Source: an uncultured Nitrososphaerota archaeon (lineage in GTDB: Archaea; Thermoproteota; EX4484-205; JAAOZP01). Taken from it: 50,820 nucleotides of DNA. Under the pieces are notes generated by a model, which was not told the DNA's origin, made no database searches, and worked only from the letters and a program-made list of their open reading frames with translations. This document shows, one piece after another, positions 1 through 10,196 of this stretch (position 1 is its first letter; every line of letters starts with the position of its first letter). A program made the position numbers and the translations under genes. The stretch is taken from positions 1 to 50,820 of the forward strand of contig CAYQCW010000012.1 of assembly GCA_964416155.1 (NCBI GenBank), given 5' to 3'.

Positions 1-389
1 GCGTTGAAAATGGTTATCGGCGTTGTCTCGGTGCCTATCTTCAGCTTTATGATTAGAGTGTAGTTTATCTCCTTGCCCGGTGGGGCCCTGTCCCAAGCGT
101 CTCCCGGAAGCTCCGGTATTGTTACCCATCCATCGGCGTCTGCCTCGCCCCATTTCACCAGGGGCCAGTTTTCAAAGCTCCATGTCGTATTCCAGGTTGC
201 TGGCACAGTGCTGTTGTAAAGGTATGCTACTGCGCCGGAAACAGGTCTTCCCCAGTCGTCGACTATTTGAAACCTCCATACTCCAGGCGGGTACGCCTGC
301 TGAGCCGTTACAGCCAGGGGCGTAGCCACCAGGATTAACGCTAGTATCGCTGCGATCGAGCATGTTTTCTTCAAACTTAGGTGATTCAA
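1..389 (-). CDS. Secreted/surface (S-layer-like) protein, N-terminal part; runs off the window start
   Basis: Not in ORF track. TTG at 389 with GGTGA upstream. Frame open to position 1: MNHLSLKKTCSIAAILALILVATPLAVTAQQAYPPGVWRFQIVDDWGRPVSGAVAYLYNST... Signal peptide, prealbumin/carboxypeptidase-regulatory-like VDxxGxPVxGA motif, N-x-S/T sequons (NST, NTT, NYT). Confidence 0.8.
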   Translation of the reverse strand, partial: MNHLSLKKTCSIAAILALILVATPLAVTAQQAYPPGVWRFQIVDDWGRPVSGAVAYLYNSTVPATWNTTWSFENWPLVKWGEADADGWVTIPELPGDAWDRAPPGKEINYTLIIKLKIGTETTPITIFN

Positions 390-1168
390 ATCCGTTTCAC
401 CTTCGGTTTAGCCCGACTAGGCTTGTTTAAAAGGGTTACTTGTTCTAGCATGATGTAACGTTGCTCAGAAAGTTCTAGTAGGGTGGAACCCTGTTTTCAA
501 GTCTTTTTCAACCGGTTTACTCCACCACGGCTTCCACTGGAGCCTCCTCTTCGACGGGAGCCGTAGCCCCGCTTAGAGCCATGCGCATTCAAAACCCTCG
601 AGCCGGTTGAAAAATAGTTTAAACACTCCTTTGCAACAGTTAAGCGTACACTAATCGCCCTGAGCCGTAGGAGGGTCTGGAACCCTCGTCCTCTGAAAAA
701 AACAGCTTAGCACCCGGGATACATTGGGAGGCTCGGCAAGAGTACTCGGATTCTGCTTAAAAGGCTTTCAACACACGGAGCCGCGTGAGAACCTGATAAT
801 CATCTTACTAAGCCAGGTGTGTTACAGCGTGCTTGAAACCCGGTTCGCCTGAAGATTTGCTAACGCTACCTGTTTTATCCACTTAGCCCCGACGCAATCT
901 GGCGCGGTTAGTTGAAATCCTCAGCGTGAAAAGCACGGATATACGGGCATGCCTTATGTCGACGAGCATCAGAAGCTTGTGAAAACCGGTGAAGAAGAAA
1001 CCTGCTTATTTTAGGGGACGACCGGCCTATTAGTCTCATGTTCAGCCTTTTCTCTAACCCGCCTTCGCATGCTTTCCATCGATCATCTCAGGTTCTCGAA
1101 GAAGCTTAACGTTTCCCCAGTTCTCAACTGGTGCCTAGCCCCAGCTCGTCGTAACGTGCACTATTTTT

Positions 1169-1342
1169 TTAAACCTCAACGGCTTTAACCCTTTTAAAAT
1201 GGTTCTCGAAATCGGTAAACGGTTCCACTACTGTCGAGCCTAGAAACCATGTTGAACAAAAGCATGTTTGCCAGACCTTTCTGGAACCCTTTATAACAAC
1301 GGCTTTCCCCCTATCGTCTTTACCTTCAATTTTCTCAACCAT
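1169..1342 (-). CDS. Possible 57-aa hypothetical protein or gene remnant
   Basis: ATG..TAA, MVEKIEGKDDRGKAVVIKGSRKVW...KRVKAVEV; host-like codons; no recognised family. Confidence 0.25.
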   Translation of the reverse strand: MVEKIEGKDDRGKAVVIKGSRKVWQTCFCSTWFLGSTVVEPFTDFENHFKRVKAVEV

Positions 1343-1574
1343 CCTTGGGAAAAAATTTTGAAAGGATCAGCCAGACCCTAATTTTATTCTTTACGAGAAC
1401 GATTTGTAAAATTTTTGCATATAGCGGAAATAAAAAACCAGATGTGACGGATGGCTCAATCCCTCTAGCAACCGTGCGAAGTTAGCGCGTGCTGCAGGCT
1501 TCCCACATGAACTGATAAAGCCCGCATAACACGCGTCAAAAAGACATTTAAACTGTCTCACCGTAGGCTGAGGC

Positions 1575-2393
1575 ATGCTCATAAGAAGGAGGGAGGAGGA
1601 GAATCCACCCCCGCCCCCGGTTGAGGAGGCTGAGGAGGAACATGCTCAAGAATACTCTTTGAGAACCCCGACGGGCATAGCTGGTTTAGACAAGATCATA
1701 GACGGGGGGCTGCTCAGGGGTAAGACATACCTTGTGGCGGGGGAAACAGGCACGGGTAAGACTATTTTCAGCCTCAGGTTTATACTGAAGGGTATTGAGA
1801 TAGGTGAGCCCTGCGTCTACGTTCCTTTCGACGAGACTGTTGAGAGCACTGTGGAGGGAGCGTTAACACTCGGCTGGGATCTTGAGACGCCGATGAGGAG
1901 GAACATGCTTAGAATACTCGACGCCAGGCCTTTCTTCGCCGAGGTCACTAGGGAGAAGTTCATGGCTGAGGTTGTGAGAGAGATTGTTAAGGAGCTTAAG
2001 AGGCATGTTACGGAGATAGGGGCTAAGAGGCTCGTCATAGATCCTGTGGCGCCGCTGGTCGGCGAGGTTGTCGACGTTTCATGGACCAGGGACTTCATAA
2101 GGGGTTTTGTGAATGCTGTTGAAAAGTTCCTCGGCTGCACCACAATAATAACCAGCGAGGTTCCCACCGGCAGCGGGCTCCTCAGCAGGTTCGGCGTTGA
2201 AGAGTTCCTCTCATCAGGAATCATTAAGCTCTCAATAACCCCTATTGAGAACAGGAATCTCAGGACGCTTATGGTTAGGAAGCTAAGGTGGACCAGGGTG
2301 GACCTGACGCCTTACGTTTACGAGATTAAGCCCCTAGAGGGGATTGTTATTCTGGAGCCCCTCCACGAGCATGTTAGGAAGCTTAAAGAATAG
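1575..2393 (+). CDS. KaiC/RAD55-like RecA-superfamily ATPase
   Basis: TGIAGLD, Walker A GETGTGKT, Walker B LVID, EEFLSSGII and VRKLR motifs; single domain with Pro/Glu-rich N-terminus. Confidence 0.9.
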   Translation: MLIRRREEENPPPPPVEEAEEEHAQEYSLRTPTGIAGLDKIIDGGLLRGKTYLVAGETGTGKTIFSLRFILKGIEIGEPCVYVPFDETVESTVEGALTLGWDLETPMRRNMLRILDARPFFAEVTREKFMAEVVREIVKELKRHVTEIGAKRLVIDPVAPLVGEVVDVSWTRDFIRGFVNAVEKFLGCTTIITSEVPTGSGLLSRFGVEEFLSSGIIKLSITPIENRNLRTLMVRKLRWTRVDLTPYVYEIKPLEGIVILEPLHEHVRKLKE

Positions 2394-2529
2394 CTCGCTC
2401 TAGACTTGTGGGCCCGCTCTACACGGGGTGTTGACAGGGATGGGTTTTTAACCATGGTGCGTGCTCAGTATGTTTCAGGGTTTTAGAAACCTGTGAACCT
2501 GTTTCCCTTAGGATTCGTATTCATGGAGG

Positions 2530-3327
2530 CTAAGCCATGAACTGTTGAATAGCAGCCCCTAAATACAGCATTATGAAGGAGGTGAGCATAGCTGCCTGAG
2601 GGCTAGCCTTAAACCAGCATACTATTGCTGCTGAAAGCAGGAGCGCGCTCAATCCTCCGGAGGCTATTTGAATAAGGCCTGCTGCTAGGCTGGGCGGGTT
2701 TGAAACAACCAGGATCAGGCTGTAGAAGAGCTGGGGCAGGAAGCAGAACGGTAAAGCCGTTACGAAGCCGGTTTCAACACTTCTCTTCCGGAAAACTGTT
2801 CTCGGGACAAGGTAGGCAAGTATTAGGCTTAGGGCTACGCTGCCCAGTGTCGACGAGAAGCTTACGTTGGCAACCGGGATTAGTAGGGCGAGGCCCATCT
2901 TAGCGTAGAGGCTTGAGGCTGAGATGCTGAGAACTATTAGTGCAGCCATCGGCGTCACCATTCTGCTCGGCACTCCTGTGAAGAACCATACTGGCACAAG
3001 TGTTTCGAAAAACCTTGGGAGCTCCCCGGACGTCGGCGGCGGCAATAATCCTGATTTCAAAGCAAGGTAGATCCTCCTGCCCTGCTCGCTTAAAGCATAC
3101 TTCTTGTCGCCGGTCTGCTCGACTAGCTCCCCGAGGGCTAGGAGATTATGGTAGAGGCTGCCAGTGCTCAGGCCCAGTTCCCTTTTTAGATCCTTAATGC
3201 CCATCGGCCCGGATTCCCCTAGCTTCATAAGAAGGGCTCTCCTCTTTCCGTATGAGAGGGCCAGTATAACCTTCTCCAGGCCGTTCTCCTCCACAGGCTT
3301 TAAACCGTTAGAGGAATATAAAAACAT
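2530..3327 (-). CDS. Winged-helix (ArsR-like) regulator fused to a multi-TM domain
   Basis: N-terminal DLKRELGLSTGSLYHNL...KYALSEQG; several hydrophobic segments at the C-terminus. Confidence 0.75.
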   Translation of the reverse strand: MFLYSSNGLKPVEENGLEKVILALSYGKRRALLMKLGESGPMGIKDLKRELGLSTGSLYHNLLALGELVEQTGDKKYALSEQGRRIYLALKSGLLPPPTSGELPRFFETLVPVWFFTGVPSRMVTPMAALIVLSISASSLYAKMGLALLIPVANVSFSSTLGSVALSLILAYLVPRTVFRKRSVETGFVTALPFCFLPQLFYSLILVVSNPPSLAAGLIQIASGGLSALLLSAAIVCWFKASPQAAMLTSFIMLYLGAAIQQFMA

Positions 3328-3408
3328 CGTGTCCGCTAAGCTTCAGGCGGTTTAATGCTAGCATTCTTTGAGCCAGCGTGCTTGAAGCCTTTCTAAGCAT
3401 GGTGACGC

Positions 3409-4485
3409 CTAGTGTTCAGAAGGCCTGTAGGAGCCGAGCAGCCTGATATTCACAGTCCTACGCTTAAGCTTCTCCAACGCCCGGCGCACGCCCGGGTTCC
3501 AATAGGCGCCTTCAAACTCGACTATAAACATGTATTCCCATGGCTTTCCCCTGACTGGTCTAGACTCTATCCTAGTCAGGTTTAAACCGTGCTTCGCAAA
3601 AACTCCGAGAGCCCTGTACAGTGAGCCGGGCTTATGCTCAAGAACCATTATAAGCATTGTTCTCGCAGCCCCATTAAACCTCTTGGAGGCTTCTCTAGAG
3701 AGGACGAGGAATCTGGTGTAGTTCTCCCGCTCATCCTGAATATTCCTAGCCAAGATTCTCAAGCCGTATTCTATCGCCGCAGCCTCGGAGCACACCGCCG
3801 CCCCGCCCCTGTTTTTAGCAGCCATCAATGCAGCCTTAGAGGTGCTTGAAACCTCCCTTATCCTTGCGTCCGGAATAACCCTGTCTAGAAACATCCTGAC
3901 CTGCGCGAGCGCGTGAGGGTTGGAGAAAACCATCCTAACGTCTTCAAGCCTCCTCTCCCTGGATGAAAGGTGGAAAGCTATTTTCAAAACCTTCTCGCCA
4001 ACGATGCTGAGGCTCGAGGAGGCTAGGCAGTCAAGAGTCTCGGAAACAGGGCCCTCAAGACTGTTTTCAACCGGTGCAACCCCGTAGTCTGCCTCAGCCT
4101 CCTCAACGCTTTTAAACACGCTTCTAATAGTCGGGTAGGGCTGGAGAACGTAAGGCTTACCGGAGAAGTATTTCTCAGCAGCCTCCATCGTGAATGAGCC
4201 TTTCGGCCCCAGGTAGGCGACTTTGAAACACCCCTGGACCCTCCTGCTGTGGTCTATGAGGATGCTGAAAACCTTTTCAACCAGAACAGGGTCCAAGCCT
4301 CTTGCAGAAGCCTTTTCAAGAACATGCTTGTAAACCTCTCTCTCCCTCTTCTCATCTACCACGGGTAGCCTAAGCCTCTTCTTCTCCCCGCCTATCATTC
4401 TCGCAACCCTGATCCTCTCAGCAATAGCGTCGACAAGCTTCTCGTCAACCCTGTTCATCATTCTTCTCAGCTCCTCTAGCCTCAA
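3409..4485 (-). CDS. pheA: Chorismate mutase/prephenate dehydratase
   Basis: AroQ-type N-terminal domain, VAYLGPKGSF, PVENSLEG, NYTRF, ACT domain IESRP. Confidence 0.95.
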   Translation of the reverse strand: MRLEELRRMMNRVDEKLVDAIAERIRVARMIGGEKKRLRLPVVDEKREREVYKHVLEKASARGLDPVLVEKVFSILIDHSRRVQGCFKVAYLGPKGSFTMEAAEKYFSGKPYVLQPYPTIRSVFKSVEEAEADYGVAPVENSLEGPVSETLDCLASSSLSIVGEKVLKIAFHLSSRERRLEDVRMVFSNPHALAQVRMFLDRVIPDARIREVSSTSKAALMAAKNRGGAAVCSEAAAIEYGLRILARNIQDERENYTRFLVLSREASKRFNGAARTMLIMVLEHKPGSLYRALGVFAKHGLNLTRIESRPVRGKPWEYMFIVEFEGAYWNPGVRRALEKLKRRTVNIRLLGSYRPSEH

Positions 4486-5576
4486 TCCTTAACCACTCTC
4501 CCGACGAGGCCGGCCCTAGCGTAATGGTCGATGAGAACCATTGCTGAGACAGCTTCAACCACGGGGACAGCCCTGGGAGCTATGCAGACGTCGAACCTTC
4601 CCCCGGAGAGATCAAGGTTGACGCTTCTCATCTCCCCAAGGTTGACCGTGCGTTGAACCCTCGCTACGGAGGGAGTAGGCTTAAAGACTGCTCTGAAAAC
4701 TATTATTCCCCCGGTTGAAACACCGCCGACAACACCCCCGTCGCTAATCCCCGCGACCTCAACCCTCCCTTCTCTGACGGTCAGCTCATCGTTGAACACG
4801 CTTCCCCTCATGCGGGATGCTTCGAAGCCCCTGCCGAACTCCACTCCTTTAACGCCGGGGATAGACATCACTGCCCTGGCTAGCTCAACGTCCAGCCCCT
4901 CTAAAAGCGGGTCTCCCACGCCGGGGGGTACACCGTATATTCTGCACTCCACAACCCCGCCCACACTGTCCCCTTCCCTAGACGCCTCGTCTATCTCCCT
5001 CATCATCATTCTTGAAGCATCCGTGTCTACGCACCTGACCGGGGACTCGTAAACCCTCTTCAAATCCTCCTCGCTCGGCTCGCCCCCGTAGCCGGCTCCG
5101 CCTATCCTGGTTACGTGCACGTATATTCTGACCCCTTTTCTTTCAAGAACCTGGGCTGCGAGCGAGCCTGCTGCAACCCAGGCCGCGGTGAACCTTCCTG
5201 AGGAGAAGCCGCCCCCCCTGTAGTCGTTGAAGCCACCGTACCTCACCCTGTAAGGATAGTCGACGTGGCTCGGCCTAGGAGTATTCCTGATCCTCTCGTA
5301 GAAGCCCTGGTCAGCATCAGTGTTCCAAACAACTATGAGCAGGGGGGCCCCTGTGGTGAAACCCTTGAAAACCCCGGTGAGGATCTCGAAAGAATCCTCC
5401 TCAACCCTCGCCGTGGAGCCGTATCCAACCCTCCTGCGGGAGAGGCTGAGCCGAACCCTATCGTCGTCAACCCTTAAGCCGGCTGGGAAGCCCTGTATTA
5501 GTGAGCCGACAAGCCTGCCGTGGCTCTCCCCGAAGAAGCTGAAGACAATAAGCCTGCCTAAAGTGTTTAAACCCAT
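4482..5576 (-). CDS. aroC: Chorismate synthase
   Basis: FGESHG, PRPSH, RGGGFSSGR, FKPTPS motifs. Confidence 0.96.
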   Translation of the reverse strand: MGLNTLGRLIVFSFFGESHGRLVGSLIQGFPAGLRVDDDRVRLSLSRRRVGYGSTARVEEDSFEILTGVFKGFTTGAPLLIVVWNTDADQGFYERIRNTPRPSHVDYPYRVRYGGFNDYRGGGFSSGRFTAAWVAAGSLAAQVLERKGVRIYVHVTRIGGAGYGGEPSEEDLKRVYESPVRCVDTDASRMMMREIDEASREGDSVGGVVECRIYGVPPGVGDPLLEGLDVELARAVMSIPGVKGVEFGRGFEASRMRGSVFNDELTVREGRVEVAGISDGGVVGGVSTGGIIVFRAVFKPTPSVARVQRTVNLGEMRSVNLDLSGGRFDVCIAPRAVPVVEAVSAMVLIDHYARAGLVGRVVKD

Positions 5577-6850
5577 TGGAGCTCAACCCCCGTCTCTAAA
5601 ACCCAGCTGTAGAACCCGGGGTTAGACTTTGAAACCGAGCCCGCGTTAAGTATTGTTGTCTCACCCTCAGCCGCAGCACCCGCCATTATAAGCATCATCT
5701 CTATCCTGTGGTCGCTGCCAGCGTCAACGGTTGCACCCCTCAGCCTGCAAGGCCCCTCGACGAGAATCTCGTGGCCGTTGAAAAAAGTTTTCACACCCAT
5801 TTTTGAAAGAGCCCTGGTGATGAGCGTCGCCCTCATCGACTCCTTAGCCTCAAGCCTGCCAACGTTCCTCAGAATTGTCTCACCCTCCGCGGCTGTCGCG
5901 GCGAGCGCCAGAGCCGGAACCAGGTCCGGGTTCCCAGAGCAGTCTATCACACACGCTTTCAGGAGACCAGTGTTCTCAGCTATAAGCGTATTGCCCGACC
6001 AATCTATTTTAAGCCCCATCCGTCTTAGTATTTCAACAATCTCCCTATCCGGCTGAGGCTCGTCGACAAGCCCATGCACCTTAACACTGCCGCCTGAGAC
6101 CGCCGCCATGGCTATGGGTATTGCTGAAAGAGAATAGTCGCCTGGAACAGTATGGTTAAACGGCTTGGGCTCTCCGGGTTCAACCATTATGGACTCCCCG
6201 TCCACACGGGTTTCCACGCTGTGCATGCGGAGCATTCTTAGAGTAAGTTCCACGTAGGGTTTTGAAACAAGCATCCTGTTTTTTAAAACAACCCGGAAAC
6301 CGCTTCCCAGCCTGGCCCCGGCGATCAGGAAGCCTGAAACATGCTGGCTGGACTCTGAAGCATCCAGGATAACAGTATTAGTCTTGAAGCCGCTGCTCCT
6401 AACTTTTAAAGGAGGCTTGCCGTTCGCCGAGCTTGCTTCAACACCCAGCGTGGCGAACGCTTCCTCAAGCATTCTAACAGGCCTCCTCCTAAGGCTCTCG
6501 TCGCCAGTGTAAACCGCGCAGGAAGGCTTAGCAGCCAAAACCGGGGCGAGCATTCTAAGCGTTGAGGCTGAGCCGCCGCAGTCAACCTCTCCGCTGGGGC
6601 TCCGGAGCCCGCCGCCTTCAACAAGCACTTCGCCGCCCCGCGTTGAAACAGGCACACCCGTTAGGCTTAGCGCCCTCAGGGTTGCCTCCACATCGTCACA
6701 CTTGGAGAGCCCGGTTATACTTGAAACACCTTTTGAAACAGCCGATATTAGGAGGCTCCTGTGCGAATACGATTTTGAGGCTGGAGCCAAATAACTGATG
6801 CTTCCAGCCCAGCCTCCTTTAACCTTTAACACGCTACTCGACGCTCGCAT
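5567..6850 (-). CDS. aroA: EPSP synthase
   Basis: ASKSYSHR, SASTLR, GDESLRRRP, SSQ, KESMR, DHR; start moved to ATG 6850, overlapping the aroK stop. Confidence 0.93.
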   Translation of the reverse strand: MRASSSVLKVKGGWAGSISYLAPASKSYSHRSLLISAVSKGVSSITGLSKCDDVEATLRALSLTGVPVSTRGGEVLVEGGGLRSPSGEVDCGGSASTLRMLAPVLAAKPSCAVYTGDESLRRRPVRMLEEAFATLGVEASSANGKPPLKVRSSGFKTNTVILDASESSQHVSGFLIAGARLGSGFRVVLKNRMLVSKPYVELTLRMLRMHSVETRVDGESIMVEPGEPKPFNHTVPGDYSLSAIPIAMAAVSGGSVKVHGLVDEPQPDREIVEILRRMGLKIDWSGNTLIAENTGLLKACVIDCSGNPDLVPALALAATAAEGETILRNVGRLEAKESMRATLITRALSKMGVKTFFNGHEILVEGPCRLRGATVDAGSDHRIEMMLIMAGAAAEGETTILNAGSVSKSNPGFYSWVLETGVELQWV

Positions 6851-7682
6851 TCTCGTTACACACACCTGTTTCAACAACCCTGCCGAACCTGGATAGGGCT
6901 CTGCAAACCCTTTCAACATCCTGAGGCTTTACTACGGCAGCCACAGCAGGCCCTTTTCCAGAAACCCCTGCGGCAATAGCGCCGTTTCTCAACGCCTCTA
7001 GGGCTGGCTCCGCGTCTAGGCCGAGGGCTGTTGAAACCGCAAGCCCGTTTAGAGTCATCGCCAGCCACTCCTCACCGTTTAAAGCCAGCCTGTGGGCCAG
7101 CCTCATCAATGGTTCAACAGGCTTGAAGAGACCGGTGTCAACCCTCCCGCTGAGCATCCCGCCTGAAGGAATGAGTATGACGATCCTAAGATTATCGTTC
7201 ACAAGCCTCCTCTCGATGAGCCTCCTCTCGAAATTATCTGTCACCACAATCCCGCCTAGGAGGCATGCTGAAGCATCGTCGAAAGCCCCTGTCACCGATA
7301 CTCCTGTCTGAATGCTTGCTTCAACAGAGTATTTAGCTGCCTCCATGAGCCCGGCTTCCCCCGTAGCCTCTTTAAGACATGCGAGGGCAACAGCCGAGGA
7401 GACGGCGCTGCTCGACTTCAAGCCTTTCCTCGCAGGTATTTCAGAGTAAATGCTTACCTCGCAGCCCTTCTGCAGACCGTAGTCCCCCAGTATCAGCCTG
7501 CAAACCTTTTCAGGCAGGCTGCCGGCCTTTAGAAACCTCCCCCCTGAGCGTATTCTGAACACTGGCTCTTCAACCAGCCTGCAGCTCGCCTCAACCCTCA
7601 GCCCAACTCCCAGGGCTGCGCCCAAGCCGTTCGCCATCGCGTTAACAATGCTTACAGCACCGTGAACCTTGGCCCTGCTCAA
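6834..7682 (-). CDS. aroK: Archaeal (GHMP) shikimate kinase
   Basis: IVNA, GLKSSSA, TGAFDDA, SGKGPA. Confidence 0.95.
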   Translation of the reverse strand: MSRAKVHGAVSIVNAMANGLGAALGVGLRVEASCRLVEEPVFRIRSGGRFLKAGSLPEKVCRLILGDYGLQKGCEVSIYSEIPARKGLKSSSAVSSAVALACLKEATGEAGLMEAAKYSVEASIQTGVSVTGAFDDASACLLGGIVVTDNFERRLIERRLVNDNLRIVILIPSGGMLSGRVDTGLFKPVEPLMRLAHRLALNGEEWLAMTLNGLAVSTALGLDAEPALEALRNGAIAAGVSGKGPAVAAVVKPQDVERVCRALSRFGRVVETGVCNENASVE

Positions 7683-8527
7683 ACCCTTAGCCTCCTTAAG
7701 GCTTCATCCCTCATCTCCTCCAGCGGAGGCCTCAAGCCGAACCAGATTTCGAAGCTTTCAGCAGCCTGGTGGATAAGCATCTCGACACCCGGCACGGTTC
7801 TCAACCCTTTTTCAGAAGCCTCCTTGACGAGCCTTGTAGGATGAGGCGTGTAAACCATGTCTAGAAGAGTCTGACCCCTCCTGAGAAACTCTGTTGGGAA
7901 AGGCGTTTCAACACTGCTCCCCATGCCTACGGGCGTCGCGTTTACAACCAGGTCAGCATCCTTAAGCACCTGTTGAGCATCCTCGAGCCCACGAGTCTCA
8001 ATCCTCAGCCCTCTTTCGGAGAAATGTTTCTCAAGCTCAAGCGCCCTCGCCCGGCTCCTGTTCAACACAATCACCCTGCACCCCATTGAAAGCAGCGCTA
8101 AGACAGCGGCCCTAGCACCCCCGCCGGCGCCTACGACTGCTGCGAAACCCCCGCCTTCGAAGCCAGCGTTCCCCAAGGATTTCTCAACCCCAGCTACGTC
8201 TGTGTTAAAACCCTCCAGAAGGCCGTCTCCAACCCTAACGGTGTTGACGCATCCGGTGAGTTCAGCAGAGTAATCCAGCCTGTCAACAAGGCTTGCTACA
8301 GCAATCTTATGCGGTATGGTTACGTTGAAACCCAGCACCCTGTTGAGCCTACACATGGTGACGAAGAACCCGAGCATTTCCCCGGTTACTCTCAAGGCAA
8401 GGTAGACGGCGTCTATGCCAAGCCTCCTCATAGCCCTGTTGTGGATCGCCGGGCTCGCCGAGTGTGAAACCGGATCCCCTATGACGAAGAGCAGCCTTGA
8501 CTCAGACGTTGGAAGCCACCCTACCAT
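7679..8527 (-). CDS. aroE: Shikimate dehydrogenase
   Basis: GDPVSHSASP, NVTIPHK, NTD, GAGGGAR, NATPVGM. Confidence 0.96.
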   Translation of the reverse strand: MVGWLPTSESRLLFVIGDPVSHSASPAIHNRAMRRLGIDAVYLALRVTGEMLGFFVTMCRLNRVLGFNVTIPHKIAVASLVDRLDYSAELTGCVNTVRVGDGLLEGFNTDVAGVEKSLGNAGFEGGGFAAVVGAGGGARAAVLALLSMGCRVIVLNRSRARALELEKHFSERGLRIETRGLEDAQQVLKDADLVVNATPVGMGSSVETPFPTEFLRRGQTLLDMVYTPHPTRLVKEASEKGLRTVPGVEMLIHQAAESFEIWFGLRPPLEEMRDEALRRLRV

Positions 8528-9201
8528 ACGCCCATTCTCCTGTATATGGAAACCATTCTCCTCAGGTCCGCCTGGCCCGGTGCAAGAGCCTCGCCGTATG
8601 AAGCATAAGTCATAAATCCTCCGAGCAGCGGCGCAAGTATCCTTGTGGCTAAACCCTCCTCCCCCATTCCTAAGCAGACAACCCTGTTTCCCCGCATGCT
8701 GCTCAGGAAGAAAAGTAGGCTCGCCTCGTCAACCGGGCTCCTAACCATCGTGACAATCTTATAGATATCCGCGTTCCTACGTTTCATTGTTGAAAGCATT
8801 CTTCCCAGGGTCTTCACGCCCGGGGTTCCAGCCCACTCGTGGCGTGAAAGAATCAGGCCGACACCCTTCTCAGAGGCCAGTCTTGAAACCTCGTCGACAA
8901 TCCTGGATTTCTGCTCAACATCCACGTATCTGAAGGGGGCTTCCAATGCTTTTTCGAAAAGCCCCAGCCTCTTGTCTTCGTCCCCACGGTAAGCACCACC
9001 ATCCCAGCTGGGCCTTATTGTCGCCACGCAGCCGACGCGTGACGACTCAACAGTCTTCAACAAGGCTTCATACTGCTTCTCGCCAGCATGGTCAAGCCTA
9101 AGCTCAACAAGACTGGCGCCAAGCCTCTTGGAGAGCCTTATCGCTCTTAAAACCCTTGAAACACTGTCCGCCTTCACTGAAACACATATTCTCGGCCTCA
9201 A
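8521..9201 (-). CDS. aroD: Type I 3-dehydroquinate dehydratase
   Basis: ELRLD, SRH, YKIV, MGEEG, APGQ. Confidence 0.94.
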   Translation of the reverse strand: MRPRICVSVKADSVSRVLRAIRLSKRLGASLVELRLDHAGEKQYEALLKTVESSRVGCVATIRPSWDGGAYRGDEDKRLGLFEKALEAPFRYVDVEQKSRIVDEVSRLASEKGVGLILSRHEWAGTPGVKTLGRMLSTMKRRNADIYKIVTMVRSPVDEASLLFFLSSMRGNRVVCLGMGEEGLATRILAPLLGGFMTYASYGEALAPGQADLRRMVSIYRRMGVW

Positions 9202-10196
9202 AACTCAAGCATCAGCTCCCCTTCCACAGGGGCTCCGAAATGCCTCCCAACCCTTGCCGGAGCATAGGCGATAATCCTGTCGCCCGGCTTAAGGTCTCTA
9301 ACGCTCCTTGAGCCTTCCGGGGTCACGACCCTTATGGTTTCAGCATCCTGCAGAAAAACCTTGCCCGTTGAACCGTTTAAACCGATCTCAATCATTCTGA
9401 GAGGCCTCTTCTCAACCTTCATCCTGCATATTGTGAGAGGCCTAGCCTCGCCCGTTTTAGAAACAGCTAGGACAACGTCCCCAGACCTAAGGTCGCTAAT
9501 ATACGGTGAAAAACCCCTGGTTGAGAGAACATACTGGGATATTGCTCCCGCGTTAACCCGGAAGGGCCTCGGCTTCGTGAAGCCGGATTCAGAGACCTCA
9601 GCCTCAACCAGAACCAGTATTGACGAGAATGCTCCTATCAGCATGCCTTCTCCAGGGCTCATCGCGTCGCAAGCATCTATGCACGCCCTGAGTCCAACGC
9701 CAGCCTCAGAAACCTTTTCAACAGCAGCCTCCCGGAGGCTCAGAACTGCTTCAACAATCTTAAGCTCATCCGCGGCTCTTGAAGCCCTGTTGACAGGCAT
9801 GTTCAAAGCTACAGCGTCAACGCCGAGCTCAAGAGCCCTGAGGGCTAGCTTAGCCTCCTCGACGCTCGAGGCCTCGGCGATAATCATAGCCCTGCCCCTG
9901 AGTTTCGCGACAAGGTTCTCCCACGGTATAACCTTCCAGTCGGATGTTTTCACGAGTATTTTTCGAAAGCCTTTTTCAACAGCCTTTAAAGCATTCTCCT
10001 CGTCCCCCGAGCTCTTAACCTCCAGCTCAAGCACTGTTGAACCAGGGTCGACGCCCCCATGGGGCTCCGGAGGATGCCACTTCACCAGTCTAAGGCTCTC
10101 ACCCCTGCCCTCCACCATTCCCCGTCTTCTCGAGACAATCCTATCTATCCCGTGAGCCTGGCTAACATCCTCAGCGATAAGCCAGATTTCCTTCAA
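9198..10196 (-). CDS. aroB': 3-dehydroquinate synthase II (archaeal)
   Basis: WKVIPWEN, RACID, RPFRVNAG, LQDAET, GRHFG. Confidence 0.94.
   Translation of the reverse strand: MKEIWLIAEDVSQAHGIDRIVSRRRGMVEGRGESLRLVKWHPPEPHGGVDPGSTVLELEVKSSGDEENALKAVEKGFRKILVKTSDWKVIPWENLVAKLRGRAMIIAEASSVEEAKLALRALELGVDAVALNMPVNRASRAADELKIVEAVLSLREAAVEKVSEAGVGLRACIDACDAMSPGEGMLIGAFSSILVLVEAEVSESGFTKPRPFRVNAGAISQYVLSTRGFSPYISDLRSGDVVLAVSKTGEARPLTICRMKVEKRPLRMIEIGLNGSTGKVFLQDAETIRVVTPEGSRSVRDLKPGDRIIAYAPARVGRHFGAPVEGELMLEF

Noticed and set aside
525-545. TCCAGTGGAA resembling an ORB origin box (also near 48644)
   Set aside because: Single copies, no G-string, no cdc6/orc1 nearby.
9334-10155. Long antisense ORFs (e.g. 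9334-10155, 33856-34659, 26910-27485, 48887-49534)
   Set aside because: Ser/Thr/Pro-rich shadows or alternative frames of well-identified genes.
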